Assembly (NCBI GenBank): GCA_045863235.1
Contig: BTUM01000042.1
Location: 1 to 64,000 of the forward strand
Direction of reading: 5' to 3'
Length of the DNA: 64,000 nucleotides
Source: Candidatus Xenobia bacterium
GTDB lineage: Bacteria; Vulcanimicrobiota; Xenobia; Xenobiales; QWHO01
The notes beneath the pieces were generated by a model. It was not told the origin of the DNA and ran no database searches. It saw nothing but the letters and a program-made list of their open reading frames with translations. Shown one piece after another: positions 9,632 through 19,134 of this stretch (position 1 is the stretch's first letter; the number at the start of each line of letters is the position of its first letter). The translations under genes and the position numbers were made by a program.

Positions 9632-10906
9632 TTACCCCGCGCCGCGCTTCCTGACCATCGCGCCGCCCACCAGCACGGCCGTGCGCGTCTCCTGCAGACC
9701 GGAGGCGGCCGGGTCGAGCGGGGGGAGCTTGGGAGCTACCGGCAGATCCACCCGGGCCAGCCCGAAGGCGCCCGGAGCCAGGACCACCCGGTTGTCGCGG
9801 ACCCCGGCCGAGTGGAAGTAGTCAGGCGGTCGGAAGATCTCCGAGCATTTGTATTCGGCTCGCTTGATGCCATCCAGGGAGTAGACCTGGAAGATGCCCA
9901 CGCTGGGCATCACGCAGAGAAAGTCCCCGGCGCGCTCGAGCACGGGGACCGAGCCGTTGATCTGGCCCCACTCGCGGCCGGTGTCGATGGGCTCGAGCTG
10001 GGTCCCCTGCTTGTCGAAGCGGAGAATCTTGCCCCCCTCGGTCAGGATCGAGCGCTGGCCATCCTCGAGCTCCACCCAGTTGCTGCAGCTCCAGTAGCCT
10101 TCCGCCTTGCCGATAGGGTGGGTGAAGTTGGGCTCACCCGTGGCAACATCCAGTCCTACGAGTTTCTTGTGCACGCCGTTGACGTAAAGCGTCCCGCCGT
10201 CCGCAGAGAGCTGCAGGCCATTGTGGTTGCCGGGATTCTTGAAAGTCTGCTGCCAGCTTAGCTCGCCCTCGGGAGTAAAGGCCCGCACGGTCTGGTCGCT
10301 GGAACGGGTAAAGAAGGCGCCGTCGGCACCGGGAAGCAACTCGAGCATTCTCACGCCTTCGTCCACCTTGCACTCCATGGTTTGCAGAACCTCGCCAGCG
10401 GGTGAAAGGCGCAGCACTTTCTGATCGGCTCCCACCAGGTAGTTACCGTTCGGCTCGGCGGCGATGCAACCGGTCTTGGCGCCCGTTTCAATCGCAAACT
10501 GTGTCTGGCCGTCCTTGCAGGCGACCGCAGCTCCGTCCTGGCTCAGGTAGAAGAGGGTGCCGTCGGGGCGTTGCTTGACCCCCCGCACGCCCGGATCTAC
10601 CGCTAAGGTGATGGGTTCGAGGGGGTTTCCGTCAGGGCTTTGACGATGCACCTTGCTCCCCTCGCACAGATAGGCCACGCCCTGCTCGTCCAACCAGGGC
10701 CTTCCGCGAGGATTGGTGTGAGGGGACGGGAAGGCCCGCGGCTCCTGAGGAACCGGCGGAGGCGCGGTCAAGACCCGGGCCATCGCTCGCATGTCCGGCA
10801 TGGGAGCTTCCTCGGACGCGGGCGTAAAACGGTCTCCCGAGGCGGACACCGTGGGGCCGCGGAAGGGGAGCCCGGCAGAGGCGATGCAGAACGACTCGAT
10901 TCTCAT
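9632..10906 (-). CDS. PQQ-like beta-propeller protein
   Basis: Repeated (P/A)DG...(W/F) blade motifs such as AFTPEGELSWQ and LSADGGTLYV. Confidence 0.7.
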   Translation of the reverse strand: MRIESFCIASAGLPFRGPTVSASGDRFTPASEEAPMPDMRAMARVLTAPPPVPQEPRAFPSPHTNPRGRPWLDEQGVAYLCEGSKVHRQSPDGNPLEPITLAVDPGVRGVKQRPDGTLFYLSQDGAAVACKDGQTQFAIETGAKTGCIAAEPNGNYLVGADQKVLRLSPAGEVLQTMECKVDEGVRMLELLPGADGAFFTRSSDQTVRAFTPEGELSWQQTFKNPGNHNGLQLSADGGTLYVNGVHKKLVGLDVATGEPNFTHPIGKAEGYWSCSNWVELEDGQRSILTEGGKILRFDKQGTQLEPIDTGREWGQINGSVPVLERAGDFLCVMPSVGIFQVYSLDGIKRAEYKCSEIFRPPDYFHSAGVRDNRVVLAPGAFGLARVDLPVAPKLPPLDPAASGLQETRTAVLVGGAMVRKRGAG

Positions 10907-10996
10907 TTCCCTGAGGGTAGTCGCCGGGCCTTACCAATCCCTGAACATTGCTCGGGCTGGACCTGGTTGAAAATCCCGCCTTGGTGAGCGAAAGAC

Positions 10997-11563
10997 TCAG
11001 GCTCGTTTCTTCCGCCGAACCTTCACGCCGCCCACGGTAAGCCACTCGCCCTTCTCTTCCACAGCGCTCCCCTCGGGCTTTAGACCCGAGCGCAGCCTGT
11101 CCACCTCCAGGGCCTGGTCGAGGTGCTCCTTGATCCACTGAGCCTTCTCGAGGCGGGGCCCGATGAACGGCATGGCCACCGCCCCCACGCCGGCCGTGGC
11201 GGCGGCCACCAGTCCGATGCCGGCAAAAGCGTTGGACATCGAATTGCCCGCGTAGATAAAGGCTGCCTCCAGAGCCACTCCGGCCAGCAAGCCCAGCCCC
11301 TGTCCGAGATCCGGGTGGCCGCAGGTCTCCCCAATGGCGCCCCCCAGTCCCGTCACGACCACGATGGGACCGAACACCCCCAGAGGGATGAATTGCACCA
11401 CTCCGGCCGCCGCGCCCGCGGCCACCCCGACCAGGGAATACTGCCACCAGGGTCGAGGTGGCGGAGCCGTCCGAGCGAGCAACTCGAGCACGTCCTGCTC
11501 CCGGTCGGTCGGGGGCGACTCGGTGGCGGCGGAAACGCAGCGATTGGAGGGATACGCATGCAT
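10997..11563 (-). CDS. Hypothetical Gly/Ala-rich membrane protein
   Basis: About 4 Gly-rich hydrophobic segments; start uncertain (ATG 11563 chosen). Confidence 0.6.
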   Translation of the reverse strand: MHAYPSNRCVSAATESPPTDREQDVLELLARTAPPPRPWWQYSLVGVAAGAAAGVVQFIPLGVFGPIVVVTGLGGAIGETCGHPDLGQGLGLLAGVALEAAFIYAGNSMSNAFAGIGLVAAATAGVGAVAMPFIGPRLEKAQWIKEHLDQALEVDRLRSGLKPEGSAVEEKGEWLTVGGVKVRRKKRA

Positions 11564-11789
11564 CGCCCGGATGATCATACTGGGCAGTCTAGCGGCCGCT
11601 GCAGAGGGGATAAAGCCCGGGCATGTTACCATCTGAAGCTGAGCCTGCGGAATGCATGGTGCTCAAGATTGACGCCGATCAAGATTCTCCGAATTCCCTG
11701 GCACCTGGACTCCCGGAAACATGCCGTCCACAACTCGAAAGGGATTGGCTGTTATTGTGGCACCAAGCTTAACAAGGAGATCCATCCAG

Positions 11790-12215
11790 ATGGTCATCAG
11801 CACCAACCCCCCCACCTTCACCCGGACCCTGACGGCGCCCTCGGCCTCCCCCCAACCGGCGTCAGGCGAGCCCCAGGAGACCTTCGTGGCCACCGGAGTC
11901 ACCGGGGACAAGGTCAAGGGCGCCCTGGCCGTGCTGGGCCTGGCCGCCGTCGGGATGGGTCTGGGCATCTACGCCGGCCTGAACACGGGAGCCCTGGCCG
12001 GACTCGCCGGAGCGGTCGCAGGTGCCTGCGGCGGAGCCTCGATCGCGGCCCATTCACCAGGTCAGAACCTGAAGCTCGGAGCCCTGGCCGGGGCCCTGAC
12101 GGGAGCGATCCTGGGGGCTTCCTACAGCTCCCCCGTCCTGGCCAGCGTCATGGGCATGAGCGGCGCCACGCTTCCCTACGCGGGGATCCTGGCCGTGTTT
12201 TCCGGGGCCAGCTAG
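11790..12215 (+). CDS. Small glycine-zipper membrane protein
   Basis: AAGGAGA RBS before ATG 11790; Pro/Thr-rich N-terminus followed by GxxxG hydrophobic helices. Confidence 0.7.
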   Translation: MVISTNPPTFTRTLTAPSASPQPASGEPQETFVATGVTGDKVKGALAVLGLAAVGMGLGIYAGLNTGALAGLAGAVAGACGGASIAAHSPGQNLKLGALAGALTGAILGASYSSPVLASVMGMSGATLPYAGILAVFSGAS

Positions 12216-12362
12216 TTTCCCTGCGAAACGCGCTGCGTGAACGGCTAGAAAAGGTCCTCTCTTAACAGTTTTCGCTCACAGGTTGAACGTTCCCAGGTCA
12301 ATGCGGGCCGTGGAGAACGCCGTTCAAAGGTCTGTCAAAGGTCCCCGGGCTAGTCTTGCTCT

Positions 12363-12665
12363 ATGAGCATCGACGGCTATCTGGTCTCTCAACTGCGCCG
12401 GGCCGGGTTGCGCAACGCCCTGGTCTCGTTCAACTCACCGCGCTTCCGCACTCTGCTCAAACGACCCGGCTCGCTCATGCGCGAGGGATGGCGCCTGGCC
12501 CCCGAGGGGGGCGCCAGCTACGTGATCGGGGACGGCCGCCTCTACGGCCAGCAGCTGACCTTCGACGCGCGGCTGGGCACGCTGACGGTGCGCACCTTCT
12601 ATCGGGAAACCTCACAGGAAGTGGTCTACGACGTTCTCAAGCAGCGCGTGCTGGCGACCCGGTAA
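12363..12665 (+). CDS. Hypothetical protein
   Basis: 100-aa ORF with globular composition and GC3-rich codons. Confidence 0.55.
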   Translation: MSIDGYLVSQLRRAGLRNALVSFNSPRFRTLLKRPGSLMREGWRLAPEGGASYVIGDGRLYGQQLTFDARLGTLTVRTFYRETSQEVVYDVLKQRVLATR

Positions 12666-12787
12666 CCTGGCGGCAAACCCGCTCCGCCCGAAAGGCGCTA
12701 GGATAGCCCTGGAGGCTCCTGACCATCCGACTCGACGCAACCGCCCAGAGGTTTTTCGACCCCAACCGCCCGGCCCAGCCCTACGAG

Positions 12788-13864
12788 GTGCGCTGGGAGG
12801 CATCGCTCGCTCCGGTGACCGCTCCGGTGCGGCTGGGCGACGCCGTGGTGCTGGGAACCTCCGACCACCTTCTGGTCTCGGTGCAAGAAGGCCGTCAGCT
12901 CTGGGCCGTCGACCATCCCGACCGGGCTCAGGCCCCGCCCGAGCTTGGACCCAACGGGCAGTTGCTGGTGACCGGCAAGAGTGGCACCGTCTACAAGCTC
13001 GACCAGCAAGGCCAGATCCTGTGGCAGGGGCTCGAAAGGGTGGACGCTCCGGCTCGCTTTACCCCCGAGGGAGGCGTGCTGGCCCGCCAGGGAAAGACTC
13101 TGACGCGCCTGAAACCCGATGGACAGGCGCAATTTACCTTCACTCCCCCGCCCCATCCCCTCAAGGAGCACGTGTTAGGACCCTTTGCCGCAGACAGGGA
13201 CGGCTCCACCTACGTGACCACCGGCTTGATGCTGTCCGAGCCCCGCTGGACCCTGGTCAAACTCGACTCTCAGGGACACCCGGTCTGGTCCAAACCCATC
13301 TCGGAGCCCAGCGCCCTGCAGGTGGACGAGCAGGGCAATGCGGTGGTGGGCGGGCCTCGGGGAGTGCAGGCCTTCCGCCCCGATGCCACGGTCTCTTGGA
13401 GCTCGACCACCCACTGCAGCCAGCTGCTGCCGGCCCCAGACGGGGGCTACTTCGTGGCCTCCATCAACGAAGTGGAGAGGCTCGACCCGTCCGGGCAGGC
13501 GCTGTGGAGCTTTCAGGCGGCCGGCGATCGGCGGCTGACCACCGGCATCAGCGGATTTGACATGGCCTCGGCTCCCGATGGGACGCTGGCCCTGACTGAT
13601 CTGACCTGGAATTGGAAGGAATTTGGCGGCGCTGCGACTTTAAGCCCGGACGGCCAGTTGCTCGAGCTCGGCCGGGAGGGAAACGTGCTGGGAGTCTCCT
13701 TTGAGGCCAACGGAAACCTGGTGGTGGCTGACGAAAGAGGACTTCGAGCCGTCAATCCCGGCACCCAGGCCAGGCAAAGTCCCCTGGTGCGCGAAGAAGA
13801 GCAGTGGATCGTGGTCGGCTCCTCGCGGGTGCGACGCCGCCAGGCTTCTCCAGGGGAAAATTAA
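12788..13864 (+). CDS. PQQ-like beta-propeller protein
   Basis: Repeats LD..G...W (LDQQGQILW, LDSQGHPVW, LDPSGQALW); start uncertain. Confidence 0.75.
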   Translation: MRWEASLAPVTAPVRLGDAVVLGTSDHLLVSVQEGRQLWAVDHPDRAQAPPELGPNGQLLVTGKSGTVYKLDQQGQILWQGLERVDAPARFTPEGGVLARQGKTLTRLKPDGQAQFTFTPPPHPLKEHVLGPFAADRDGSTYVTTGLMLSEPRWTLVKLDSQGHPVWSKPISEPSALQVDEQGNAVVGGPRGVQAFRPDATVSWSSTTHCSQLLPAPDGGYFVASINEVERLDPSGQALWSFQAAGDRRLTTGISGFDMASAPDGTLALTDLTWNWKEFGGAATLSPDGQLLELGREGNVLGVSFEANGNLVVADERGLRAVNPGTQARQSPLVREEEQWIVVGSSRVRRRQASPGEN

Positions 13865-13885
13865 TCAAGGTCGAAGGATTGGGCA

Positions 13886-15481
13886 ATGAGTGATCCGGCC
13901 CCGGGGGGCCAGACCATAATGGTGCAGACCGATGCTCCGCCCCGCAAAGTGCCGTGGCACCGGCGTGTGCCCAGCGCTCGCCGGCTGATCGTCTTCAGTC
14001 TCATTGTCTTTCCCCTGGCCGTGGCCGCCCTCGTGGCCGGCTTTCTGTACATCCGCATGATCCCCGAGCTCGAGAAGACCGGGGGGGCCTGGAAGACCTT
14101 CCAGACCTGGGTGGAGGAGCCTGGCAAACTTGCCTTCGAGGGCAAGGAGCGCATGAATATCCTGGTGGTGGGCGTGGACTACAACCACGACGAGAAGGGC
14201 ATGCCCTACACCAAGGGCGCTCGCACCGACACCATCATGGTCCTCAGCCTCGATCCCAAGGCCCAGATGCTGAACGTGCTCTCGATCCCCCGCGACCTGC
14301 GGGTGCTGATCTCCGAAGAGCACGGCTACGAGAAGATCAATTCGGCCTACTCCTTTGGCGGCATCGACCAGACCCGCGAGACGGTCAGCCAGTTCCTGGG
14401 CGTGCCCATCCACCACTACGTGATCGTCAAGGTGTACGGGGTACCCAAGATGGTGGATGCGCTGGGCGGGGTGCCCATCGACGTCGAGAAGAACATGGAT
14501 TACGACGACAACTGGGGCAAGCTGCACATCCACCTCAAGAAGGGCCACCAGGTTCTGGACGGCCCCGAGGTGATCGGCTACTCGCGTTTTCGCCACGACG
14601 AAGAAGGCGACCGGGGCCGTATCCGCCGCCAGCAGCAGGTCATCCGGGCTCTGGTGGATCGGCTCAAGGACCCGGCCATCGTGCTCAAGCTCAACCAGAT
14701 CGCCAAGGTGGTCAAGGAAAACATCGAGACCGATCTGGCCATCGCCCAGATGCTCGACCTGGCCATGCTCTACAAGGACTTCGACCGCTCCAAGATGCGC
14801 TCGGGCAAGGTGGACGGGGACGACTGCGTGGACGGCAACGGGATCAGCTACATCGAGCCCTACGGGCCCGAGAACGAGCGGATGATCATGAGCCTGCTGA
14901 AGATGCCTCCCAACCTGAACGTGTCCGACCTGCAGGTCGAGGTGCTCAACGGCAGCGGCACCCAGGGTGCCGGCCGCGACCTGGTCGAGTCGCTGCGGGC
15001 TCAAGGCTTCCAGATCGTGCGGGTGGCCCGGGCCGACCGCTCGGACGTCGAGGTTACCCAGGTCATCCTCTACGGTCAGGGTCGGCTGCGCACCCACCTG
15101 GCCACGGTCATTCCGGGCGCCGACATCCTGATCGAGAACCCGCGGCCCAAAGAGATGGGGCCCCAGATCACCATCCTGCTGGGCAAAGACATGGCTCCCC
15201 CTCCCCCCGTGGCGCTGCCCCAGAACGATTATCCTACCTACGTGCCCGACCCGCAGCCTGATTTCGAGCCCGAGCCGGCCCCCGAGCCGGAGCCGGAGCC
15301 CGAGCCGGTCACGCCCGAGCCGGTGGACACCGGGGCCAGTGAGCCGGTGGAGGTGACCCCACCGCCCGAGCCGGCTCCCGAAGAGATCCCGCTGGAGCCG
15401 GCCCCCGAGCCCGCGCCCGTCGAGCCTGCCCCCGAGCCCGAGCCGGCCCCCGAGCCCGCTCCCGAGGGCTCTCCCGGCTGA
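13886..15481 (+). CDS. LCP (LytR-CpsA-Psr) family protein with LytR C-terminal domain and Pro/Glu tail
   Basis: N-terminal TM, NILVVGVD, RTDTIM, SIPRD, KINSAY, RFRHD..GD.GRIRRQQ; VEVLNGSG (LytR_C). Confidence 0.95.
   Translation: MSDPAPGGQTIMVQTDAPPRKVPWHRRVPSARRLIVFSLIVFPLAVAALVAGFLYIRMIPELEKTGGAWKTFQTWVEEPGKLAFEGKERMNILVVGVDYNHDEKGMPYTKGARTDTIMVLSLDPKAQMLNVLSIPRDLRVLISEEHGYEKINSAYSFGGIDQTRETVSQFLGVPIHHYVIVKVYGVPKMVDALGGVPIDVEKNMDYDDNWGKLHIHLKKGHQVLDGPEVIGYSRFRHDEEGDRGRIRRQQQVIRALVDRLKDPAIVLKLNQIAKVVKENIETDLAIAQMLDLAMLYKDFDRSKMRSGKVDGDDCVDGNGISYIEPYGPENERMIMSLLKMPPNLNVSDLQVEVLNGSGTQGAGRDLVESLRAQGFQIVRVARADRSDVEVTQVILYGQGRLRTHLATVIPGADILIENPRPKEMGPQITILLGKDMAPPPPVALPQNDYPTYVPDPQPDFEPEPAPEPEPEPEPVTPEPVDTGASEPVEVTPPPEPAPEEIPLEPAPEPAPVEPAPEPEPAPEPAPEGSPG
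15265..15467 (+). repeat. Coding low-complexity repeat (PEPAPE/PEPEPE)
   Basis: Reiterated CCCGAGCCGGCC-type units in the LCP 3' end. Confidence 0.8.
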
Positions 15482-15492
15482 CCGGCCAGGGG

Positions 15493-16128
15493 TCAGTGCT
15501 GCATCTGGGCGCGCAGGGTCTGGATGCTCTGCTCGAGCTGCAGGTGCCCGAGGTGGGTGGTCAGATCGCCCCGGGTCTTCTCCAGGCATCCCCGGGCCAC
15601 GTCGGTGCTGCGTCGCAGCCCGCGAGTGATGGCATCGGGGAAGTCGATGCTGATCAGCACGTAGTAGATGTCATCCATCCAGCCCAGCAATCGCTCGCAG
15701 GAGCTGACCTCGCCCCGGCGGATCAGGTCCAGGATGTGGCGGCGCAGCTCTCCCACCGACTCGGCCAGACCGTTGAGGTAGGGAGCGTTCTCCACCTCCA
15801 ACTCGTCCGGCGTGGGAATGGGCAGGTCGCGCACCACGGCATAGGTGCAGCGGGCCTCGGCGTACTCCTTCTGAGCGTCTTGCAGAAAGCCGCCGTGGTG
15901 CACGCAGGGGTGGCCGGCCAGCAGGCCAGTGGCCTTGCTCAGCGTCAGGCGGGCCTTCTCGAGGTGGCGCTCGGCCAGCTCGAAGTCGAGCCGGTGAATG
16001 GCCCGGATGGCCAGGCTGGATTCCCGGATGACCTCGCGATGCAGGGCCAGGCCCTGGTCGCGAGCCCGGTCGGCTTCCTCAAAGTTGCTGCTGATGGTCT
16101 GGGCGATTTCCGCCAGTCGGTCGCACAT
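15493..16128 (-). CDS. Translin family protein (prokaryotic type)
   Basis: AIRAIHR..F..A, QKEYAEA, YLNGLAESVGELRR, LRRSTDVAR..LE.T motifs. Confidence 0.85.
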   Translation of the reverse strand: MCDRLAEIAQTISSNFEEADRARDQGLALHREVIRESSLAIRAIHRLDFELAERHLEKARLTLSKATGLLAGHPCVHHGGFLQDAQKEYAEARCTYAVVRDLPIPTPDELEVENAPYLNGLAESVGELRRHILDLIRRGEVSSCERLLGWMDDIYYVLISIDFPDAITRGLRRSTDVARGCLEKTRGDLTTHLGHLQLEQSIQTLRAQMQH

Positions 16129-16157
16129 GCGGTCTGGCTTTCGGCGCCCGGGGCGCG

Positions 16158-16760
16158 ATGACCCTGCTGGAGGCGCTCGAGCTCAGCCCGTTGGATCGGG
16201 TGGCCCTGATCGGGGGCGGAGGCAAGACCACAGTGCTGTATCAGCTCGGGCGCGAGGCGAGAGAGCGGGGCTGGCCGGTGGTGCTGAGCACCACCACCCG
16301 CATGGCCGCGCCGTCCCAGGATGAAGCCCTGTGGGCCGTGCCGGCCGAGCCCGGCAAGCTGCAGGGGCCCGGGATGGAGGCCCTGGAGGGTGTGCAAGAC
16401 CGCCTGCTGGTGGTGGAGGCGGACGGCTCGCGCGGGCTCCCGTTGAAAGGCCACGCCCCTCACGAGCCGGTGCTGCTGGCCAGCACGACCGCCCTCGTGG
16501 TGGTGGCTGGCGTGAGTGCCCTGGGCCAGCCGCTGGATCAGGTGGCCCACCGGCCCGAGCTGCTGGCCGCTCGCCTGGGCTGTGCCCTGAGCCAGGTGGT
16601 GGATGAGGAACTCTTCCTGCGGGCCCTGAGCCTGATGGGACCAGGGGCAGCGCCGGTGTTGAACCAGGCCGACGACCCCCTGCTCGGACGCCGGCTGGCC
16701 CGCAAGCTGGGCCGGCCCTGCGTGATTCGCGGCCGCTGGGGTCAGGAGCGCATTTCATGA
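16158..16760 (+). CDS. yqeC: Selenium cofactor biosynthesis protein YqeC-like
   Basis: IGGGGKTT, STTT, VEADGSRGLPLK.HA.HEPV motifs. Confidence 0.85.
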   Translation: MTLLEALELSPLDRVALIGGGGKTTVLYQLGREARERGWPVVLSTTTRMAAPSQDEALWAVPAEPGKLQGPGMEALEGVQDRLLVVEADGSRGLPLKGHAPHEPVLLASTTALVVVAGVSALGQPLDQVAHRPELLAARLGCALSQVVDEELFLRALSLMGPGAAPVLNQADDPLLGRRLARKLGRPCVIRGRWGQERIS

Positions 16761-17317
16761 AGTCGGCTCTCTTGCTGGCCGCCGGCCGGGGCCGCCGGAT
16801 GGGGGACACCCTCAAGCCCTTGCTCGAAGTCGAGGGCCAGACCATGCTCTCTCGGGCTCTCGACTTTCTCGGCCGGCTGGATCTGGGGGAGGTCGTGGTG
16901 GTGCTGGGATATCGCGCCGAGGCTATCGAGCCCCACGTGACGGGCGCTCGAGTGGTCTACAACCCGGCCTGGGAGGAGGGCATGGCCTCCTCCATCCGCT
17001 CCGGGGTGGAAGCTCTTTCGCCTCATTCGCAGGCGGTGCTGATCATGCCCGTGGACCTGCCCGAGCTGACCGACCACGAGGTCGGCCGCCGCGTGTTTGA
17101 GGCTCCCGGACCCATCTCCGCCCCTGTCCACCTGGGTCGACGCGGTCACCCGGTGCGCTTCGACCGCTGCCTCTACCCGGAGTTGTTGCAGCTTCGGGGC
17201 GACCGGGGCGCGGCCGCACTGCTCGAGCGCCATCCCGTCAGCCTGGTCGAGGTTGACACTCCGGCCATCTATCGCGACCGGGATTCGCGGCCCGAGGGGG
17301 AGAAGGGCGGGGCGTGA
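16757..17317 (+). CDS. mocA: Molybdenum cofactor cytidylyltransferase-like (MocA/YgfJ) nucleotidyltransferase
   Basis: LLAAGRGRRMG..K.LL, NPAWEEGMASSI, GHPV.F, GDRGA. Confidence 0.85.
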   Translation: MKSALLLAAGRGRRMGDTLKPLLEVEGQTMLSRALDFLGRLDLGEVVVVLGYRAEAIEPHVTGARVVYNPAWEEGMASSIRSGVEALSPHSQAVLIMPVDLPELTDHEVGRRVFEAPGPISAPVHLGRRGHPVRFDRCLYPELLQLRGDRGAAALLERHPVSLVEVDTPAIYRDRDSRPEGEKGGA

Positions 17318-18120
17318 GTCTTCCACGAGTTGCCGTTCGGGGCGGCGGGGATCTGGGCACCGGGGTGGCCCACAGGTTGTATGTGTGCGGCTTTCCGGTC
17401 ACGATCCTGGAGCTGCCCCGACCTCGCGTGATCCGGCGCACGGTGAGCTTTGCCCAGGCCGTGTTCGCGGGTGAGCATGTCGTGGAGGGGGTGCTGGCTC
17501 GCCGCGATGCCGAGCCCTGGACCCCGGGTCTGGTCGCCGTGCGCATCGATCCCGAAGGCCTTGAGCTGGCCTCGCTGGCCCCCGACGTGCTGGTGGACGC
17601 GCGCATGACCAAGCGCAATCAGGGAACGCACCCGGGTCAGGCCCGAGTGGTGGTGGGCCTGGGGCCCGGCTTCGAGGCGGGCCGCGACGTCCACTGGGTG
17701 GTGGAGACCCAGCGCGGACACGACCTGGGAAGGGTGGTGCGGCGGGCTCAGAGCGATACGGGCGTGCCCGGCGACATCGGCGGCCAGACCGCCAGGCGGG
17801 TGGTCAAATCCCCCGCCAGCGGGCGTTTCGAGGCCTGCGTCGAGCTTGGTGACCGGGTGGACGAAGGCCAGTTGCTCGGTCGCGTGGGCCAGGTCGAGGT
17901 GCGCTCGCGCCTGACGGGGCTCCTGCGCGGACTGATCACATCGGGCCTGGAGGTCAACCAGGGAGAGAAGCTGGCCGATGTCGATCCGCGCCTGGATACC
18001 GACCTTTACACCATCTCCGACAAGGCCCGGGCCATCGCCGGAGGGGTGCTGGAGGCCATCCTGCGCTCGGAGGTCGAGCTGTCTGTCTATCCGGCTGGCG
18101 AGTCAGCCACTGCCGGATAA
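17314..18120 (+). CDS. yqeB: Selenium-dependent molybdenum cofactor protein YqeB
   Basis: VRGGGDLGTGVAHRL, IRRTVSF, VDARMTKRN, GLGPGF, ETQRGHDLG, ISDKARAIAGGVLEA. Confidence 0.9.
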   Translation: MSLPRVAVRGGGDLGTGVAHRLYVCGFPVTILELPRPRVIRRTVSFAQAVFAGEHVVEGVLARRDAEPWTPGLVAVRIDPEGLELASLAPDVLVDARMTKRNQGTHPGQARVVVGLGPGFEAGRDVHWVVETQRGHDLGRVVRRAQSDTGVPGDIGGQTARRVVKSPASGRFEACVELGDRVDEGQLLGRVGQVEVRSRLTGLLRGLITSGLEVNQGEKLADVDPRLDTDLYTISDKARAIAGGVLEAILRSEVELSVYPAGESATAG

Positions 18121-18186
18121 CATCCCGAGCCTCTGGCTGACGGCCGGAAGACGAGCGCAAGTCGCAGGGGTGACAAGATCACCCGT

Positions 18187-19134
18187 ATGAGCACGATATC
18201 CCCCCCGAGAACCGTTCTGGCCCGCGCCCTTGAGGCGACCTTTGGCACCGCCCAGGCCGCCCTCAAGGTGCCTGGCTCCTTACTTCCCTGCGCCATCGGA
18301 GGAGTGACCCGCGCGCTGGGAGGGGCCGAGGACGAGCAGGATCTCGGGACGGTGATCGACCTGGCGAGCGGTGCCCAGATGGCCGCAGGCTGCGGGGCTG
18401 GCCTGCTGCTGACGGGCACGGGCACTCTGGCCGAGAGCGCTGCCGGCGGATTGGCTGCCGGAGTCGGAACGACCCTGGCGAGCCGGGGAGGCTCGAGTCT
18501 GGAGCTGGCCCGCCAGTTGCGCGAGCGCGTGAACCAGGCGGTCGACCCGGGGGACGGTCGTCTGACCGCGGCCTGGAAAGGTCTCTCCTGCGGGCTGCAG
18601 GTGGCCGTCATGGGAGGAGCTCGAGTCGGCTACATGGAGGGCCAGGGAACAGCCCGGGGATTGCTCGAGAGCGGTGCCCACCTGAGCGAGCGCTCCCCCG
18701 AACTGCCCCCGGCGGGGGCCTGGTCGAACCTCAAAGGGACGATGGAAGCGCTTGCCTGCGTGCCCGGTGGGGCCGCTCGCGGGCTGGCGGAGTCTCTGGG
18801 AACGACCCCGGTCGGCCCGGCCTGGGTGGCCGGAGGGCTGCTGGCCGGAATTGGACTGACGGTGGGAGCCATGCTGGCCGGCCCGGTCGGTGCCGCCGCC
18901 GGCACGGCGATGGCGGTCGGACTGGTGGGCCGCTCCAACCAGGTGGCCGGGAAGGCCGTCTCGGAGCAAGTCCAGGACTTTCTGGCCAACCGCCCCGACC
19001 ACGGCCACGAGGTCATCAACCGGAATCGAGACTTCTGCGGAGGTCTGGTGGTGGGCCTGGCGACGGCCTTTCAGGCCGGCTACCGTCACCACACGGGGGT
19101 TTGCGGCCGGACTTCTAGCGCTCGACCGGCCTGA
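18187..19134 (+). CDS. Hypothetical Gly/Ala-rich membrane protein with a possible internal duplication
   Basis: Two similar halves (LLPCAIGGVTRALG / LACVPGGAARGLA), each followed by Gly-zipper helices. Confidence 0.55.
   Translation: MSTISPPRTVLARALEATFGTAQAALKVPGSLLPCAIGGVTRALGGAEDEQDLGTVIDLASGAQMAAGCGAGLLLTGTGTLAESAAGGLAAGVGTTLASRGGSSLELARQLRERVNQAVDPGDGRLTAAWKGLSCGLQVAVMGGARVGYMEGQGTARGLLESGAHLSERSPELPPAGAWSNLKGTMEALACVPGGAARGLAESLGTTPVGPAWVAGGLLAGIGLTVGAMLAGPVGAAAGTAMAVGLVGRSNQVAGKAVSEQVQDFLANRPDHGHEVINRNRDFCGGLVVGLATAFQAGYRHHTGVCGRTSSARPA

Noticed and set aside
11758..11772. Sigma-54 promoter (TGGCAC-N5-TTAA)
   Set aside because: The -12 GC is missing and the site is too close to the RBS
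12668..12712. c-di-GMP-I riboswitch-like words (GGCAAACC, CGAAAG, GGATAGCC)
   Set aside because: Lacks the GACGCAAAG junction and a full second stem; too short
15265..15467. Pro-Glu repeat as a contingency locus or mobile repeat
   Set aside because: In-frame, degenerate low-complexity protein tail
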